A DNA stretch of 64,000 nt from Bacillota bacterium (GCA_050952625.1 JBMNLH010000001.1:992001-1056000); one strand, 5' to 3'; shown: positions 1 through 10,610, counted from the first letter of the stretch. Notes: generated by a model from the letters alone, not told the origin. Program-made: numbers and translations.

Positions 1-420
1 GGAACAACCTCACTTCAAGAGATTAACCGGTCCCTTGAAGAGGCGGCTAAAAGGGCTGGCTTGGAAATCGAGATCCTTCAGTCAAATCATGAAGGAGATC
101 TAATTGATGCCGTCCACCAGGCCTTGGGACGAGTAGATTTTATTTTAATTAATCCGGGGGCTTTGAGTCATTATAGTTTCGCGCTGCGAGATGCCTTAAA
201 GGCCGTAAACCTGCCGGCGATTGAGATTCATCTGTCCAATATTTATGCCAGAGAGAAATTCCGACATCATTCCGTAATTGCCCCAGTAGTATTAGGACAG
301 ATTTCGGGTCTTGGCCCGGCTGGTTATCTGCTAGCCCTGGAGGCAGCTCGGAATTGGTTAAAAACCCATGAATCAAATAATGGCACCAAAGCATATCCTG
401 ATACGAGTGAAATGTCTTAG
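1..420 (+). CDS. aroQ: Type II 3-dehydroquinate dehydratase (5'-truncated by window edge)
   Basis: Frame is open from base 1; motifs QSNHEG, INPGA, EIHLSNIYAREKFRHHS. Confidence 0.95.
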   Translation, partial: GTTSLQEINRSLEEAAKRAGLEIEILQSNHEGDLIDAVHQALGRVDFILINPGALSHYSFALRDALKAVNLPAIEIHLSNIYAREKFRHHSVIAPVVLGQISGLGPAGYLLALEAARNWLKTHESNNGTKAYPDTSEMS

Positions 421-669
421 TCCTACATACTACTTAGGTAGCGATTCAGCACCATGGGAGTATACTATATTAAATATATTTTTGGATTCCAGGGAGAGGG
501 GGATAATTCCAGCTAACCTTATGGCTGGTCAGCACCTATGTTAGGCTTTAAGAATTGTCATCATCGTAATCACAATCAAACTGTTTGTCTCAAAGAACAA
601 CATTTGAAAGGTAATCTCCCCTCAAGGAGTGACCAGGGTATAGTAAACCCAATAATCAAGGAGTTTGCT

Positions 670-1761
670 GTGCCTGAGCTAAAGGATGTCTATAAAAATC
701 GTCTCGACCAGTTTCGACAGCGAATGGAAGAGGCTGGTGCCGAGGCTTTGATAATTTTAAAACCGGAAAACCGGGCTTATCTGAGCGGTTTTGAGGGATC
801 GGCCGGGATGCTGTTAATAACCAAAAATCAGGCATTATTGCTAGTTGATTTCCGTTATCTAGAGCAGGCGAAAAACCAGGCCCCTCATTTTGAGATTATT
901 CAGTATCGGCAGCCCCTTAGTGAGACATTGCGTCGGGTTTTTCAAGAACTCAATCTGGAAATGGTCGGTTTTGAACGGGATTATGTAACTTGGGAACAAT
1001 ATGAAATATGGACCACCCGGTTAGGCGACCTGGTAGAGTTTATCCCTTTACCGGATCTAACTCAAAAACTGCGCATGGTTAAGGGGTCAGAAGAACTCAA
1101 GTCAATCATGGCAGCGGTGGCGATTGCTGATTCAGCCTTCTTAGATATTCTTCCCCTGATTAGACCGGGCTTTCAAGAACGAGAGTTAGCGGTTGAACTG
1201 GAATATGCTATGCGCCGGCGGGGAGCTCAGGCGATGGCTTTTGAAACGATTGTTGCTTCCGGGCCTCGTTCATCTTTGCCGCACGGAGCACCAACCGAAA
1301 GGGTACTTCAAGCCGGTGATCTGGTCATTATTGATTTTGGGGCAAAGTGTCAGGGTTATTGTTCAGACTGTACCCGGACCGTGAGTATTGGCTCCCCCAC
1401 TCCGAAACAAAGAGAGATATATGACCTGGTCCAAAGGGCCCAGGACGCTGCCTTAAAGGCGATTAGTCCAGGAGTCCCAGCATCGAGGGTGGATGCAGTG
1501 GCGCGCCAGATTATTAATGAACAGGGTTATGGGGAAACCTTTGGCCACTCTCTCGGGCATGGTGTCGGTCGAGTGGTGCATGAGGAACCAACGCTGATAA
1601 ACCGAGATCAAACTATTTTACAACCGGGTATGGTGGTTACGGTGGAGCCGGGGGTTTATTTGCCTGGCTGGGGTGGTGTGCGGATTGAGGACCTGGTAGT
1701 CGTGACTTCCTCTGGCTGTGAAGTTTTAACGCATTGCATTAAAGGCCTATCGATAACCTAG
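670..1761 (+). CDS. Xaa-Pro aminopeptidase (M24B, YqhT/PapA-like)
   Basis: YCSDCTRT, HSLGHGVG, EPGVY and GGVRIED motifs; likely GTG start at 670 after AAGGAG rather than 538; aroQ-pepP-efp synteny. Confidence 0.92.
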   Translation: MPELKDVYKNRLDQFRQRMEEAGAEALIILKPENRAYLSGFEGSAGMLLITKNQALLLVDFRYLEQAKNQAPHFEIIQYRQPLSETLRRVFQELNLEMVGFERDYVTWEQYEIWTTRLGDLVEFIPLPDLTQKLRMVKGSEELKSIMAAVAIADSAFLDILPLIRPGFQERELAVELEYAMRRRGAQAMAFETIVASGPRSSLPHGAPTERVLQAGDLVIIDFGAKCQGYCSDCTRTVSIGSPTPKQREIYDLVQRAQDAALKAISPGVPASRVDAVARQIINEQGYGETFGHSLGHGVGRVVHEEPTLINRDQTILQPGMVVTVEPGVYLPGWGGVRIEDLVVVTSSGCEVLTHCIKGLSIT

Positions 1762-1830
1762 GTTAATTCGTACCAGTTTGGCCCGCTGCAAGTTAAAACA
1801 TATGCCTAGTAGTTATCGGAACATGAAAAA

Positions 1831-1880
1831 TTGATCACGCCGCGTTTTAACAAAGGGCAGCGATTAGTGCTCTGCATCAC
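1831..1880 (+). repeat. Dispersed repeat family B, copy 1
   Basis: TTGATCACGCCGCGTTTTAACAAAGGGCAGCGATTA matches the reverse complement of 46507-46543 at about 31/37 positions. Confidence 0.7.
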
Positions 1881-1998
1881 CCATTAATTTATTATCAGAA
1901 TAGCATATCCTATGGAAAAACGCGGTAACATGGGTTAAAATTAAACGGTGTAACGAGATAAGAACCGAGGTATGTAGTAAAAGGGGGCAGAAAACGGG

Positions 1999-2556
1999 AT
2001 GATTTCAACCAATGATTTTAGAACTGGTCTAACGATTGAGTTGGAAGGTGATGTGTGGTCAGTTGTAGAATTCCAACACGTCAAACCAGGGAAGGGTTCG
2101 GCTTTTGTTCGGTCGAAGTTGAAGAACGTTAGAACTGGAGCAATTATTGAACGAACTTTTCGAGCTGGGGAAAAAGTCCCCCGGGGTCGGTTGGACCGTC
2201 GACAGATGCAGTATCTTTACCAGGAAGAAGATAATTTTGTAGTCATGGATACCGAGAACTATGATCAAATAACCTTAAGTAAGGAGCAGATGGCTGATGC
2301 ACTGAAATGGCTTAAGGAGAATATGATTCTATCTGTTCTGTTTTTTCAGGGGACAGCCATTAATGTGGAACCGCCTAACTTTGTCGAACTAGAAGTAGTC
2401 GAGACTGATCCCGGGATTCGGGGTGATACTGCTTCCGGCGGCGGCAAACCAGCTAAATTAGAGACCGGGGCAATAGTTAACGTGCCTCTGTTTATCAATG
2501 TTGGCGATATAATTCGGGTCGATACGCGGAGTGGGAATTATTTAGAACGGGCCTAG
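1999..2556 (+). CDS. efp: Elongation factor P
   Basis: [22 protein letters not shown] and VPLFIN motifs; 185 aa. Confidence 0.98.
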   Translation: MISTNDFRTGLTIELEGDVWSVVEFQHVKPGKGSAFVRSKLKNVRTGAIIERTFRAGEKVPRGRLDRRQMQYLYQEEDNFVVMDTENYDQITLSKEQMADALKWLKENMILSVLFFQGTAINVEPPNFVELEVVETDPGIRGDTASGGGKPAKLETGAIVNVPLFINVGDIIRVDTRSGNYLERA

Positions 2557-2604
2557 CTCTAATTAATAAGTCAAATTAATATAGAAATCATCTGCAAGTG
2601 CGGC

Positions 2605-2647
2605 ATTACTTAGTTGGATAAATAACCCAACTGGGTAATTTTTTTTG
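2605..2647 (+). terminator. Intrinsic terminator after efp
   Basis: ATTACTTAGTTGG...CCAACTGGGTAAT stem followed by a T-run. Confidence 0.85.
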
Positions 2648-2701
2648 CGGGATTGTTTTGGCTCAATGATGACTATTTTTCGCTTAGCGTTATAGGATTG
2701 A

Positions 2702-2731
2702 GGTATAAAATTGCCGCCTAGAGGAATAATA
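2702..2731 (+). promoter_or_regulatory. Putative sigmaF/sigmaG (forespore) promoter
   Basis: GGTATA-N15-GGAATAATA upstream of the 2782 ORF. Confidence 0.55.
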
Positions 2732-2781
2732 TACCTGGTGCACCCTGCCCGAAACCTTTAGTTTAAAAAGGGGGTTCTTTA

Positions 2782-3243
2782 TTGATGAAGGAACTGAAGG
2801 AAAGAGTTTCTTATTTGCAGGGACTGTCTGAAGGATTAGATGTTCAGAACAATACCCGAGAAGGCCGAATTATTAACGGTCTGATAGAAGTTTTAGGTGA
2901 CATGGTCAACAGTTTGGATGATTTGTGGGATGCCCATCGAGAACTTGAGACTTACATGGAAGCAATTGATGAAGACCTCTACGAATTAGAGGGGGACATG
3001 TATGATGGTGAATATGGGGATCTAGATGAAGAAGCTGTAGTTGAAGTGATGTGTCCGAAGTGTAATGAGCCGGTTTTTTTCACGCCGGATGTGCTTGAGG
3101 AAGATAGTGTCGTTGAAGTAACCTGCCCTACCTGCAATGAGGTGGTTTTTGTTAATGACGGCTCTTTCGACTTTCAACCGGAGGTAATAGAGCCAGATGT
3201 TAACAATGGAGAATCAAGTCGTACTAATATAGTTGATATTTAA
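2782..3243 (+). CDS. CD1247 N-terminal domain protein with C-terminal zinc ribbon
   Basis: LKERVSYLQGL N-terminus, acidic coiled coil, CPKC and CPTC pairs; typical clostridial gene after efp. Confidence 0.8.
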   Translation: MMKELKERVSYLQGLSEGLDVQNNTREGRIINGLIEVLGDMVNSLDDLWDAHRELETYMEAIDEDLYELEGDMYDGEYGDLDEEAVVEVMCPKCNEPVFFTPDVLEEDSVVEVTCPTCNEVVFVNDGSFDFQPEVIEPDVNNGESSRTNIVDI

Positions 3244-3290
3244 TACAGTTCAATTCGGTTTCCTAACATATAAACTGTTCACCAAAGATT

Positions 3291-3316
3291 ACCGTGGGTT
3301 TTACTCACGGTTTTTT
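3291..3316 (+). terminator. Intrinsic terminator
   Basis: ACCGTGGG-tttta-CTCACGGT followed by a T-run. Confidence 0.8.
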
Positions 3317-3433
3317 ATAGTTTCGCGACTTTGAAAAGACGTGGCTTTTGCTATTGGCCTAATAATCTCCTATAATATTTCCAGATTAATTATTCCGGTC
3401 AAATACGAATAGGATAATTGGGGGATTAACTGA

Positions 3434-5299
3434 ATGAGAATCCTGCTCACTACTTTAAATGCTCGATTTAGCCACTCGTCTCTTGCTTTGCGGTATCTGC
3501 GTAGTTATTGCCGGCCGGTGTTTCCTGAGCTGGATCTAGTAGAATTCACGATTAATGACCACCTGGACTCAGTCTTTGGAGAAATATATCGTTACCGGGC
3601 TCGTGTTGTTGGCTTTTCCTGTTATATCTGGAACATTGCACAGACCCTAGAGATCTGCGGCAAGCTGAAAAAGGTCGCCCCGGAGACTATTATCGTTCTC
3701 GGAGGGCCGGAGGTATCTTTTGACCCAGCGGAAATAATAAATGCTCATCAATATGTGGACTATGTGGTGATGGGAGAAGGCGAAGAAACATTTAAGGAAT
3801 TGCTTATCAGTCTTGAGGTAAGGGCAAATCAATCTATTATTCCTGAATTTAACCCATCCAAATTTAATATCTTGGGGTTAGCTTATCGCGCCGAAGGACA
3901 GGCGGTTGTTAATCCAGCCCGACCATTAATGCGGAATCTGGATCAGATTCCACCCGCCTATGGGTTACCAGAGGTTCCCCCTGCTGAGTTGTCCGAATTA
4001 AAAAACCGCGTTGTTTATTATGAAAGCTCCCGGGGTTGCCCTTTCGAGTGCCAGTACTGCCTTTCTTCCACTCAGCCTGGCGTCCGCTATTTTTCTCTAG
4101 AAAGAGTTAAGGCAGAATTGTTGGCTTTAATTAGAGCTGGCGTGGAGCATATCAAGTTTGTGGATCGTACTTTTAATTGCCATCGGGAACGAGCGCGCGA
4201 GATCTTTCGGTTTTTAATTGAGGAGATAGGTCGGGACGGTAAAACCAGCTTTCATTTTGAGATCGGGGCCTCCCTTTTAGATGAAGCTACTTTAGACCTC
4301 CTGGAAACTGCTCCAGTAGGCTTGTTTGAGTTTGAGATAGGTATTCAATCGACTAATCCCCGGACCCTGCAATACGTCAAACGAAAGAATGACTGGTCGG
4401 TGCTAGCCCCAGTAGTGCAACGCTTGACCAAAAACCAAAATATCCATCTGCATCTGGATCTGATTGCCGGATTGCCTGAGGAATCCTACCAGTCATTCAG
4501 ACAGTCTTTTAATCTGGTTTATGCGCTGCAACCTCACCTCCTTCAATTAGGATTTTTAAAGCTTCTTAAAGGATCAGGCCTTAGAGCCAGGACAGATAGT
4601 TTTGGCTGTGTTTTTTCGGATCAGCCGCCTTATGAGGTCCTGTCTACAGATGTTCTTAGCTTTGACGAAATTCTTCAATTACGGGCAATTGAGGATATAG
4701 TAGAAAAATATTATAATTCTCACCGGTTTCAATACTCCCTGCGTTTTTTATTAGCTTGTACTTCTCTGACTCCCTTTGACCTTTTTCAATCCATGGCTCT
4801 ATATTGGGTAGAAAGAGGCCTGCATCGGCAGGCGCATAGTACCAATGGCTTATTTGAGATTTTTCATCAGTATGTAGTTGCTAGTGGCACCCTATTTTTA
4901 AACAAAGAATTGTTCTCGATTTTTTTGGAGTTATTAAAATTTGACTATCTTCTCCAATCGCGAGGTGTCCAACCTCTTAGCTGGTTTCCCCGGCGTTTCT
5001 TGAAAAACCAAAAACAGCGGGTACATGCTTTCCTGGGATCAGAAGAAAAAATAACTCGACTATTGCCTCATTTTCGAGGCCGGTCAGCCCGGGATATTAA
5101 TAAAAAGGTACATATCGAAGTGTTTGACGTGGATGTGATAAAATTGATAAATTGGTTGGAGAATAATCAACTTAATGAATTTTCGGTCAATCAATCAGGA
5201 GTTTTTTTGCCAATTCTCCGCCAAACTACCGTTCTATTCGATTACTCCAGCTTAGTCGGCCTTCTGAAACGTCCATTTTGTTGTATGATAGAGCTATAA
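3434..5299 (+). CDS. B12-binding radical SAM protein (DUF4080-type C-terminus)
   Basis: SRGCPFECQYC CxxxCxxC motif; N-terminal B12-binding fold (GFSCYIWN, LGGPEVS). Confidence 0.85.
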   Translation: MRILLTTLNARFSHSSLALRYLRSYCRPVFPELDLVEFTINDHLDSVFGEIYRYRARVVGFSCYIWNIAQTLEICGKLKKVAPETIIVLGGPEVSFDPAEIINAHQYVDYVVMGEGEETFKELLISLEVRANQSIIPEFNPSKFNILGLAYRAEGQAVVNPARPLMRNLDQIPPAYGLPEVPPAELSELKNRVVYYESSRGCPFECQYCLSSTQPGVRYFSLERVKAELLALIRAGVEHIKFVDRTFNCHRERAREIFRFLIEEIGRDGKTSFHFEIGASLLDEATLDLLETAPVGLFEFEIGIQSTNPRTLQYVKRKNDWSVLAPVVQRLTKNQNIHLHLDLIAGLPEESYQSFRQSFNLVYALQPHLLQLGFLKLLKGSGLRARTDSFGCVFSDQPPYEVLSTDVLSFDEILQLRAIEDIVEKYYNSHRFQYSLRFLLACTSLTPFDLFQSMALYWVERGLHRQAHSTNGLFEIFHQYVVASGTLFLNKELFSIFLELLKFDYLLQSRGVQPLSWFPRRFLKNQKQRVHAFLGSEEKITRLLPHFRGRSARDINKKVHIEVFDVDVIKLINWLENNQLNEFSVNQSGVFLPILRQTTVLFDYSSLVGLLKRPFCCMIEL

Positions 5300-5496
5300 A
5301 CACCAAATTGATTGCAATCTTAATTAGTAAATAAGATTTTATATTACGGCTTGCCATTGCTATGAATATAACCATTATTGGTTTTATTAGTTTATCATGG
5401 TGTGGTAGGATATTACCTATCGGGCATTAAGCCCGATAATCTGCACTAAACAAGAATAGTTTTTTATCCTTTATTTTTTATCCCTTAAGGAAAGTT

Positions 5497-5503
5497 TTCG
5501 ACA
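5497..5503 (-). promoter_or_regulatory. Spo0A box upstream of orphan kinase
   Basis: TTCGACA is a perfect TGTCGAA on the minus strand; a 1-mismatch copy ATCGACA lies at 5610-5616; TATAAT at 5518-5523. Confidence 0.45.
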
Positions 5504-5708
5504 GTCTTAGAATAAAGTATAATAAGCACGGTAAGCCAGGGACCCATGGAGGATTAATTTTGGGACTATTCTCCCTAAATTATCCAAATGTTTAAAAAAT
5601 ACCTTGCCTATCGACAGAAATATTGGGTAATCGCAATGAATTTATGTTAAGCTCAGTCTTAAGTGAATAATTAAAGGGTATAGATTAAAGAGAAGGAGCG
5701 AACAAAGA

Positions 5709-7001
5709 ATGTCTGACTTTGAAATGGCGGTAGACCGAGCGGTTGAAACCAGAGAATTCAAGTCCGGTAAGTTGTACGCTCTCCCAATAAAAGATAAGAT
5801 TGATCAAGGCAAGGATAATTTTTTTTATACGATTGCGAATAACCTACCGGTTAGTAGTGTAATTGATAGTATGTCTGAGCCGATTCTTTTAGTAACTCAA
5901 AATAGACAAGTAACTATGGCTAATTCTGCGGCAATTGACTTTTTTGATCTTCCGCAAACTTATCCATTGCCGCCAATCAGTTATTCAGATTTAATCAGGC
6001 AGGTTTCCCCTGAATCGAATCAGCAGCAACTTGCAGAAATGCCCGTAAACAGAGCTTTACAAGGAGAAACGCTGTCATGTGTCCAACTGGCTCTTAAGCT
6101 TGCCAAACAAGCTTCAACTGTAGTAGAAATGAGTGCTGCCCCGGTTCGAGACGAGCAGGGCGAGATCGTCTGTGCTATCTTAGTAATTCGCGATATAACA
6201 GAACGGGTCTGTTTTGACCGGGCGAAGGATGAATTTCTTTCAGTCGCTAGTCATGAACTGCGCAACCCTCTCGCAGTGGCGCAGGGATTGATTCAGTTAA
6301 TCAAGATGCGGTTTAAGCGACGAGCGGAGATTGCCGAACAGTTGGGTGAGCCGGGGCCGGATCAAATATCTGTCCAACATTCGGAGTTGTTTGACTACCG
6401 TAAGGACCTTAAGCAATTAGATAGTGTTTTGCACAATATCAACCAGATGAGTCGAGTGATTTCGGATTTGATGGATGTCACTAAGATCGAGACCGGACAC
6501 CTGCAAATAAACAATCAGCCGATAAATCTTATCGAGTTGACGGAAGAGGTAACCCGAAGGATACAGGCGACCAACACGAAGCATCAATTGCAAAATATCA
6601 CGGATCTTAACCAATTTGTTAACCATGAGTGCTGGGTTTTTGGGGACTATTTACGCCTGGAACAGGTGCTAGTAAATTTATTAACTAATGCTATCAAATA
6701 TTCACCGCCGGGTAAGGCTATTTTGGTGAGAGTCGAAACCAGCGATAAATGGGCAGTTGTGTCAGTTAAAGATTTTGGAATCGGGATCTCCAAACAAGAT
6801 CAATCCTGTTTATTCCAACGTTTTTTTCGGGCCAGTAACGTTGATCGGCTTGAAAAAAGCGGTCTCGGTTTAGGCTTGTTTATTAGTGCCAACATTGTCC
6901 GGGAACACGGCGGACATATCTGGGTTGAAAGTGAACCCGGTTGTGGTAGCACTTTTTATTTCTCTTTACCTTTAGATGATGACCGGTTGACTGAATCCTG
7001 A
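5709..7001 (+). CDS. Soluble orphan PAS-HisKA-HATPase sensor histidine kinase
   Basis: PAS/PAC region (SAAPVRDEQGEIV..RDITER), H-box SHELRNPL, N-box NLLTNAIKYS, G1 DFGIGI, G2 GLGLGL; no TM segment and no adjacent response regulator. Confidence 0.9.
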   Translation: MSDFEMAVDRAVETREFKSGKLYALPIKDKIDQGKDNFFYTIANNLPVSSVIDSMSEPILLVTQNRQVTMANSAAIDFFDLPQTYPLPPISYSDLIRQVSPESNQQQLAEMPVNRALQGETLSCVQLALKLAKQASTVVEMSAAPVRDEQGEIVCAILVIRDITERVCFDRAKDEFLSVASHELRNPLAVAQGLIQLIKMRFKRRAEIAEQLGEPGPDQISVQHSELFDYRKDLKQLDSVLHNINQMSRVISDLMDVTKIETGHLQINNQPINLIELTEEVTRRIQATNTKHQLQNITDLNQFVNHECWVFGDYLRLEQVLVNLLTNAIKYSPPGKAILVRVETSDKWAVVSVKDFGIGISKQDQSCLFQRFFRASNVDRLEKSGLGLGLFISANIVREHGGHIWVESEPGCGSTFYFSLPLDDDRLTES

Positions 7002-8702
7002 ATCCGTGGCACACGAAAAAAACTTGTTTAAATTTTCCCCAAATCAGATATTCATGCGATCAATTCGCTAATATATGACTTTTAGTTTCAAACATAACAA
7101 TTATAATTTTACAAGTTTTTTTCACTATCACTTGACCCAAATAATTTTCCCTAAAAAAGCAATAAATATTTAAACCCCTGATTTTTTTCAAGTGCTATAC
7201 GTTAGCCTATATATACGATATACGGTTGTGAGTATCTGCCTAAGTTAAAGCAGCATTTATGTTATTAAAAACCGACCACCATGCGCACTGTTTTCCAAAA
7301 CGTAGTTTCACCTGGCGGGAATGTTTTACTATATGGGCAGCCATTGTTATTAGGTTTTGGATAACCGTTCTGATTCTACGTCTTTGAGCTTTTTTCCGTA
7401 GTGGAACCATCTGATCAGGCAACTTAACTGTCATTTGACCCAGAATTCGCAATATGTTATAGGCTAAAGCAGCTAGATGCAGTACTAGGTTATTGGTAGC
7501 AAACTTACCACTAGGTAACCGTTCCAGGTCAAGATCTGTCTTCAGTTCACTATGAAACTGTTCGGAAGTTCCATGTTCATGGTAGAGCCTTATGATATCT
7601 TTTTCGGGATCCGGCAATGATGTCCAGTAGGTATCTACTTCAATTTCGGGTAGTAAGAGTGTCTGCCCATTACTCAAGATGGTTCTTTCAACTACTTGAA
7701 AAACTATACGGATTTCTTTATCAAGCATACTATTCTTTCGGTAAATGCTGCCAGTATACACGGTTTTTCCTTCGCGTGGGGTCTGTTTATCGCCATGTTT
7801 TTGAGCAGTTTTAAGCCATTCTTCGGGTTTTTCTTTTCGGAGATTCCGTTTGATTATGTAGTCGGTTTTAGTCTGTGAATTTTCGAACATCATTATATTT
7901 TCGATGCTATCATTACCCGAATCCATTCTGACTAAAAGAGGAAGGGAACTCACCCTATTGGCGTACTGAATGCTATTTTTTAAAAAGACAGCTGTACCGT
8001 TTTGACAGTGATCCTTCCCTTCTCGGAATTCAAGATTGACTAAATAACCTTCCTGACCTAGGTAGGCGAAAATCGGAGCAAAACCATCAAAGCCCTTGTA
8101 GGTTCGTGAGGATCCCTCTTTCTTGGTTTTTGAGTTGTCAAATGGTGAAACGTCAACATCCAACGGCAAATAACAACGCTTGTTTTGACCATTTCCAAGT
8201 GTAATAGGAGTGAGGGGAGCCCCAACTTTATTGAGTAAATCCACAGATTCTTCCATAATAATTTTATCCCATCCTGATGTTGGAGCTGCCTGGTCCAAAC
8301 GTTGCCTTAAGGTAGGGCTGGAAGGTACAGTATCAATGCCCATGGCATAAGCAAAGAAATCATCATCACGATACGCTTCAATATGGTCAAAGTCATTTTT
8401 CCCGTGGCATAACAGTCCCACATAGGAAGACACTATATTGAAATGACTGATTTCAGGTTTTATGCATCCGGGTACATTCGTATTGGATAGTCGTTTTTTA
8501 AGTGAAGTTTTGTTCATCAAGTGACCAACCAAACTAAGTCCTGCAATCGGGGTAAGTATCTCATCAGAACGCTCGATAATGAATCGCATCACAGACACCT
8601 CGGGTGAATTATTCGGAATATGTTTATCTCATCTAATCTTTATTATACTCTATTATGCTTCAATTATCGAGTGCTTTTAAGTTTTCGTGCCACGGATTCA
8701 GG
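6997..8702 (-). mobile_element. Complete IS1380-family insertion sequence (1706 bp)
   Basis: 16-bp perfect terminal IRs CCTGAATCCGTGGCAC (6997-7012 and 8687-8702); 5-bp TSD TGAAT at 6992-6996 and 8703-8707. Confidence 0.95.
7240..8598 (-). CDS. IS1380-family DDE transposase
   Basis: PSSPTLRQRLD, LDVDVSPFDNS, VRMDSG and YHEHGTSEQFHSELKTD motifs; intact 452 aa. Confidence 0.93.
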   Translation of the reverse strand: MSVMRFIIERSDEILTPIAGLSLVGHLMNKTSLKKRLSNTNVPGCIKPEISHFNIVSSYVGLLCHGKNDFDHIEAYRDDDFFAYAMGIDTVPSSPTLRQRLDQAAPTSGWDKIIMEESVDLLNKVGAPLTPITLGNGQNKRCYLPLDVDVSPFDNSKTKKEGSSRTYKGFDGFAPIFAYLGQEGYLVNLEFREGKDHCQNGTAVFLKNSIQYANRVSSLPLLVRMDSGNDSIENIMMFENSQTKTDYIIKRNLRKEKPEEWLKTAQKHGDKQTPREGKTVYTGSIYRKNSMLDKEIRIVFQVVERTILSNGQTLLLPEIEVDTYWTSLPDPEKDIIRLYHEHGTSEQFHSELKTDLDLERLPSGKFATNNLVLHLAALAYNILRILGQMTVKLPDQMVPLRKKAQRRRIRTVIQNLITMAAHIVKHSRQVKLRFGKQCAWWSVFNNINAALT

Positions 8703-8889
8703 TGAATCTAAAAATTAAGCCATAACTATAAAGCTCTTCGGTTAGGTATCGGTTTCTGGTACAACCATTAACCATCCACCATCTGTTTTATTATCAGGAG
8801 GGGTTGTTTTTACAATCCTTCCTTTTATTGTTTGTCCCTGGAATAAAGAGGTCGGATTAGCCGTATCTATATAGGGGAGGAGAAAGAAC

Positions 8890-9924
8890 ATGACAACGGT
8901 TAACTTTCGACCGCCATCAGAGGGAATCATACTCCGGCCTTCAATGGACCCGTCAGCCGGCGGTGAGGTTATTTCTTATCTAGTACCCTGGTTACAGCAC
9001 TTATTAGCCAAACTAGGGGCCGGTATTTTAAGTGAACTGGAAGAAATCCGGATGAGGCAGGGACAAACACTGTTACTGCGGGTAGGGACAAAAGAATTTG
9101 GCATAACTGAGGAAGGGATATTAACTGATCGGTCAGAGGAAGGGGTGACGATTAGGGCCGATGACCTACTCAAGACCCTCCAGATAATTAGTCAGAGTTC
9201 TATTTACGCCCTGGAAGAAGAACTGCGGAACGGTTTTTTAACCCTGCCGGGCGGACATCGAGTCGGCATGGTGGGGCAAGCCGTAATTGAACGGGGTCGA
9301 ATCAAAACCCTAAAACATATATCTGGTCTAAACTTTCGCATTGGCAGACAGGTTTTGGGAGTAGCCGATCGAGTAATCCCTTACATAATCGATAACCGTA
9401 ACAATCGGGTTTACCATACATTACTAATCTCAGCTCCTCAAGGAGGAAAAACCACTCTCTTGCGAGATATAATTCGTCAATTGAGTGATGGAATACCCGG
9501 ACTAGGCTTTCCCGGGATTAATGTCGGCGTGGTAGATGAACGTTCGGAAATTGCTGGTTGCTATGCGGGAAAACCTCAGAAAGCGGTGGGTAGGCGGACC
9601 GATGTTTTAGATCGGTGCCCCAAAGCAGAGGGGATGTTAATGCTGTTGCGTTCTATGTCACCTCAGGTAGTCGCGACTGACGAGATTGGACGACGGGAAG
9701 ATGCCGCAGCAATTGAAGATTTACTTAATGCTGGAGTAACTGTGCTTACGACCGTTCATGGTTCCTCATTAATTGATATCGAACAGCGACCCGTGATCCG
9801 AGATCTGATGGGACAAAAGATATTTGAGCGTCTTATCTTATTAGGTCGTTCCCGGGGAGCCGGGACCATTGAAGCCATAGTCGATGGCCGGAGCGGTCGA
9901 ACCCTGATGGGGAAGGTTCCATAG
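8890..9924 (+). CDS. spoIIIAA: Stage III sporulation protein AA (ATPase)
   Basis: LEEIRMR, GGHRVG, Walker A APQGGKTT, DERSEIA, RSMSP..DEIG; strong RBS. Confidence 0.96.
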   Translation: MTTVNFRPPSEGIILRPSMDPSAGGEVISYLVPWLQHLLAKLGAGILSELEEIRMRQGQTLLLRVGTKEFGITEEGILTDRSEEGVTIRADDLLKTLQIISQSSIYALEEELRNGFLTLPGGHRVGMVGQAVIERGRIKTLKHISGLNFRIGRQVLGVADRVIPYIIDNRNNRVYHTLLISAPQGGKTTLLRDIIRQLSDGIPGLGFPGINVGVVDERSEIAGCYAGKPQKAVGRRTDVLDRCPKAEGMLMLLRSMSPQVVATDEIGRREDAAAIEDLLNAGVTVLTTVHGSSLIDIEQRPVIRDLMGQKIFERLILLGRSRGAGTIEAIVDGRSGRTLMGKVP

Positions 9925-10021
9925 AAGGCCTCCCCGTGACCCCCACGCCTCATGCTGTGTAAGCATCGGGCTTGAATAGCGTTAAACATCTATTATTAAC
10001 CGAATCAATCAGGAGGGAAAA

Positions 10022-10546
10022 ATGAGTGCCCTAAAATTAAGCGGTGCTTTACTGATAGTATTGGCCGGCTGGTTTATTGGTTTTTCGATAGCCGAAAAAT
10101 ATCGTTTGCGGCCAGTTCAACTACGATCTCTGCAGTCTGGTTTATTGATGCTGCAAACTGAAATAAGCTACACAGCTACCCCATTGCCGGAAGCTTTGTC
10201 CCAGGTAGCTGAACGTTGTGACTTGTCGGTGCGAGAACTCTTTAAAGGAACAGCCCAAAAATTAATGACCCGACAAGGGTTTACGGCGGCTGAAGCCTGG
10301 AATATGACGCTAAAAGATTGGCAGTTAAGAGTCGCCCTTATCCCTAGCGACGTCAATATTTTACGAAACTTAGGTAGTGTTTTAGGAACTTCAAGTCGGG
10401 AAGAACAGGAAAAACATCTCCTGTTGGCCCGGGAACAACTGCGTCAGGAAGAGATTAAGGCAGAACAGGAAAGAAATAAGAATGAAACTTTATGGAAATA
10501 CACCGGCGTTTTAACTAGCCTATTAATTGTAATTATTTTATATTAA
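10022..10546 (+). CDS. spoIIIAB: Stage III sporulation protein AB
   Basis: LQTEISYTATPLPEAL, terminal TM helices, operon position. Confidence 0.93.
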   Translation: MSALKLSGALLIVLAGWFIGFSIAEKYRLRPVQLRSLQSGLLMLQTEISYTATPLPEALSQVAERCDLSVRELFKGTAQKLMTRQGFTAAEAWNMTLKDWQLRVALIPSDVNILRNLGSVLGTSSREEQEKHLLLAREQLRQEEIKAEQERNKNETLWKYTGVLTSLLIVIILY

Positions 10547-10610
10547 CCGCCCATGCCTGCTAGGCACAATCAAGGATGAAAATAACACAATCTACAAGGA
10601 ACGTGTTATT
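10542..10610 (+). repeat. Dispersed repeat family A, copy 1
   Basis: ATTAACCGCCCATGCCTGCTAGGCACAATCAAGGATGAAAATAACAC...GTGTTATT; matches copies at 10616, 26991-27060(-) and 42461-42529(-). Confidence 0.85.

Noticed and set aside
538-669. Extended N-termini from the ORF track (pepP; likewise nudF, xerD, spoVAC, spoIIIAG, SBP)
   Set aside because: Downstream starts have proper SD sequences and match family lengths.
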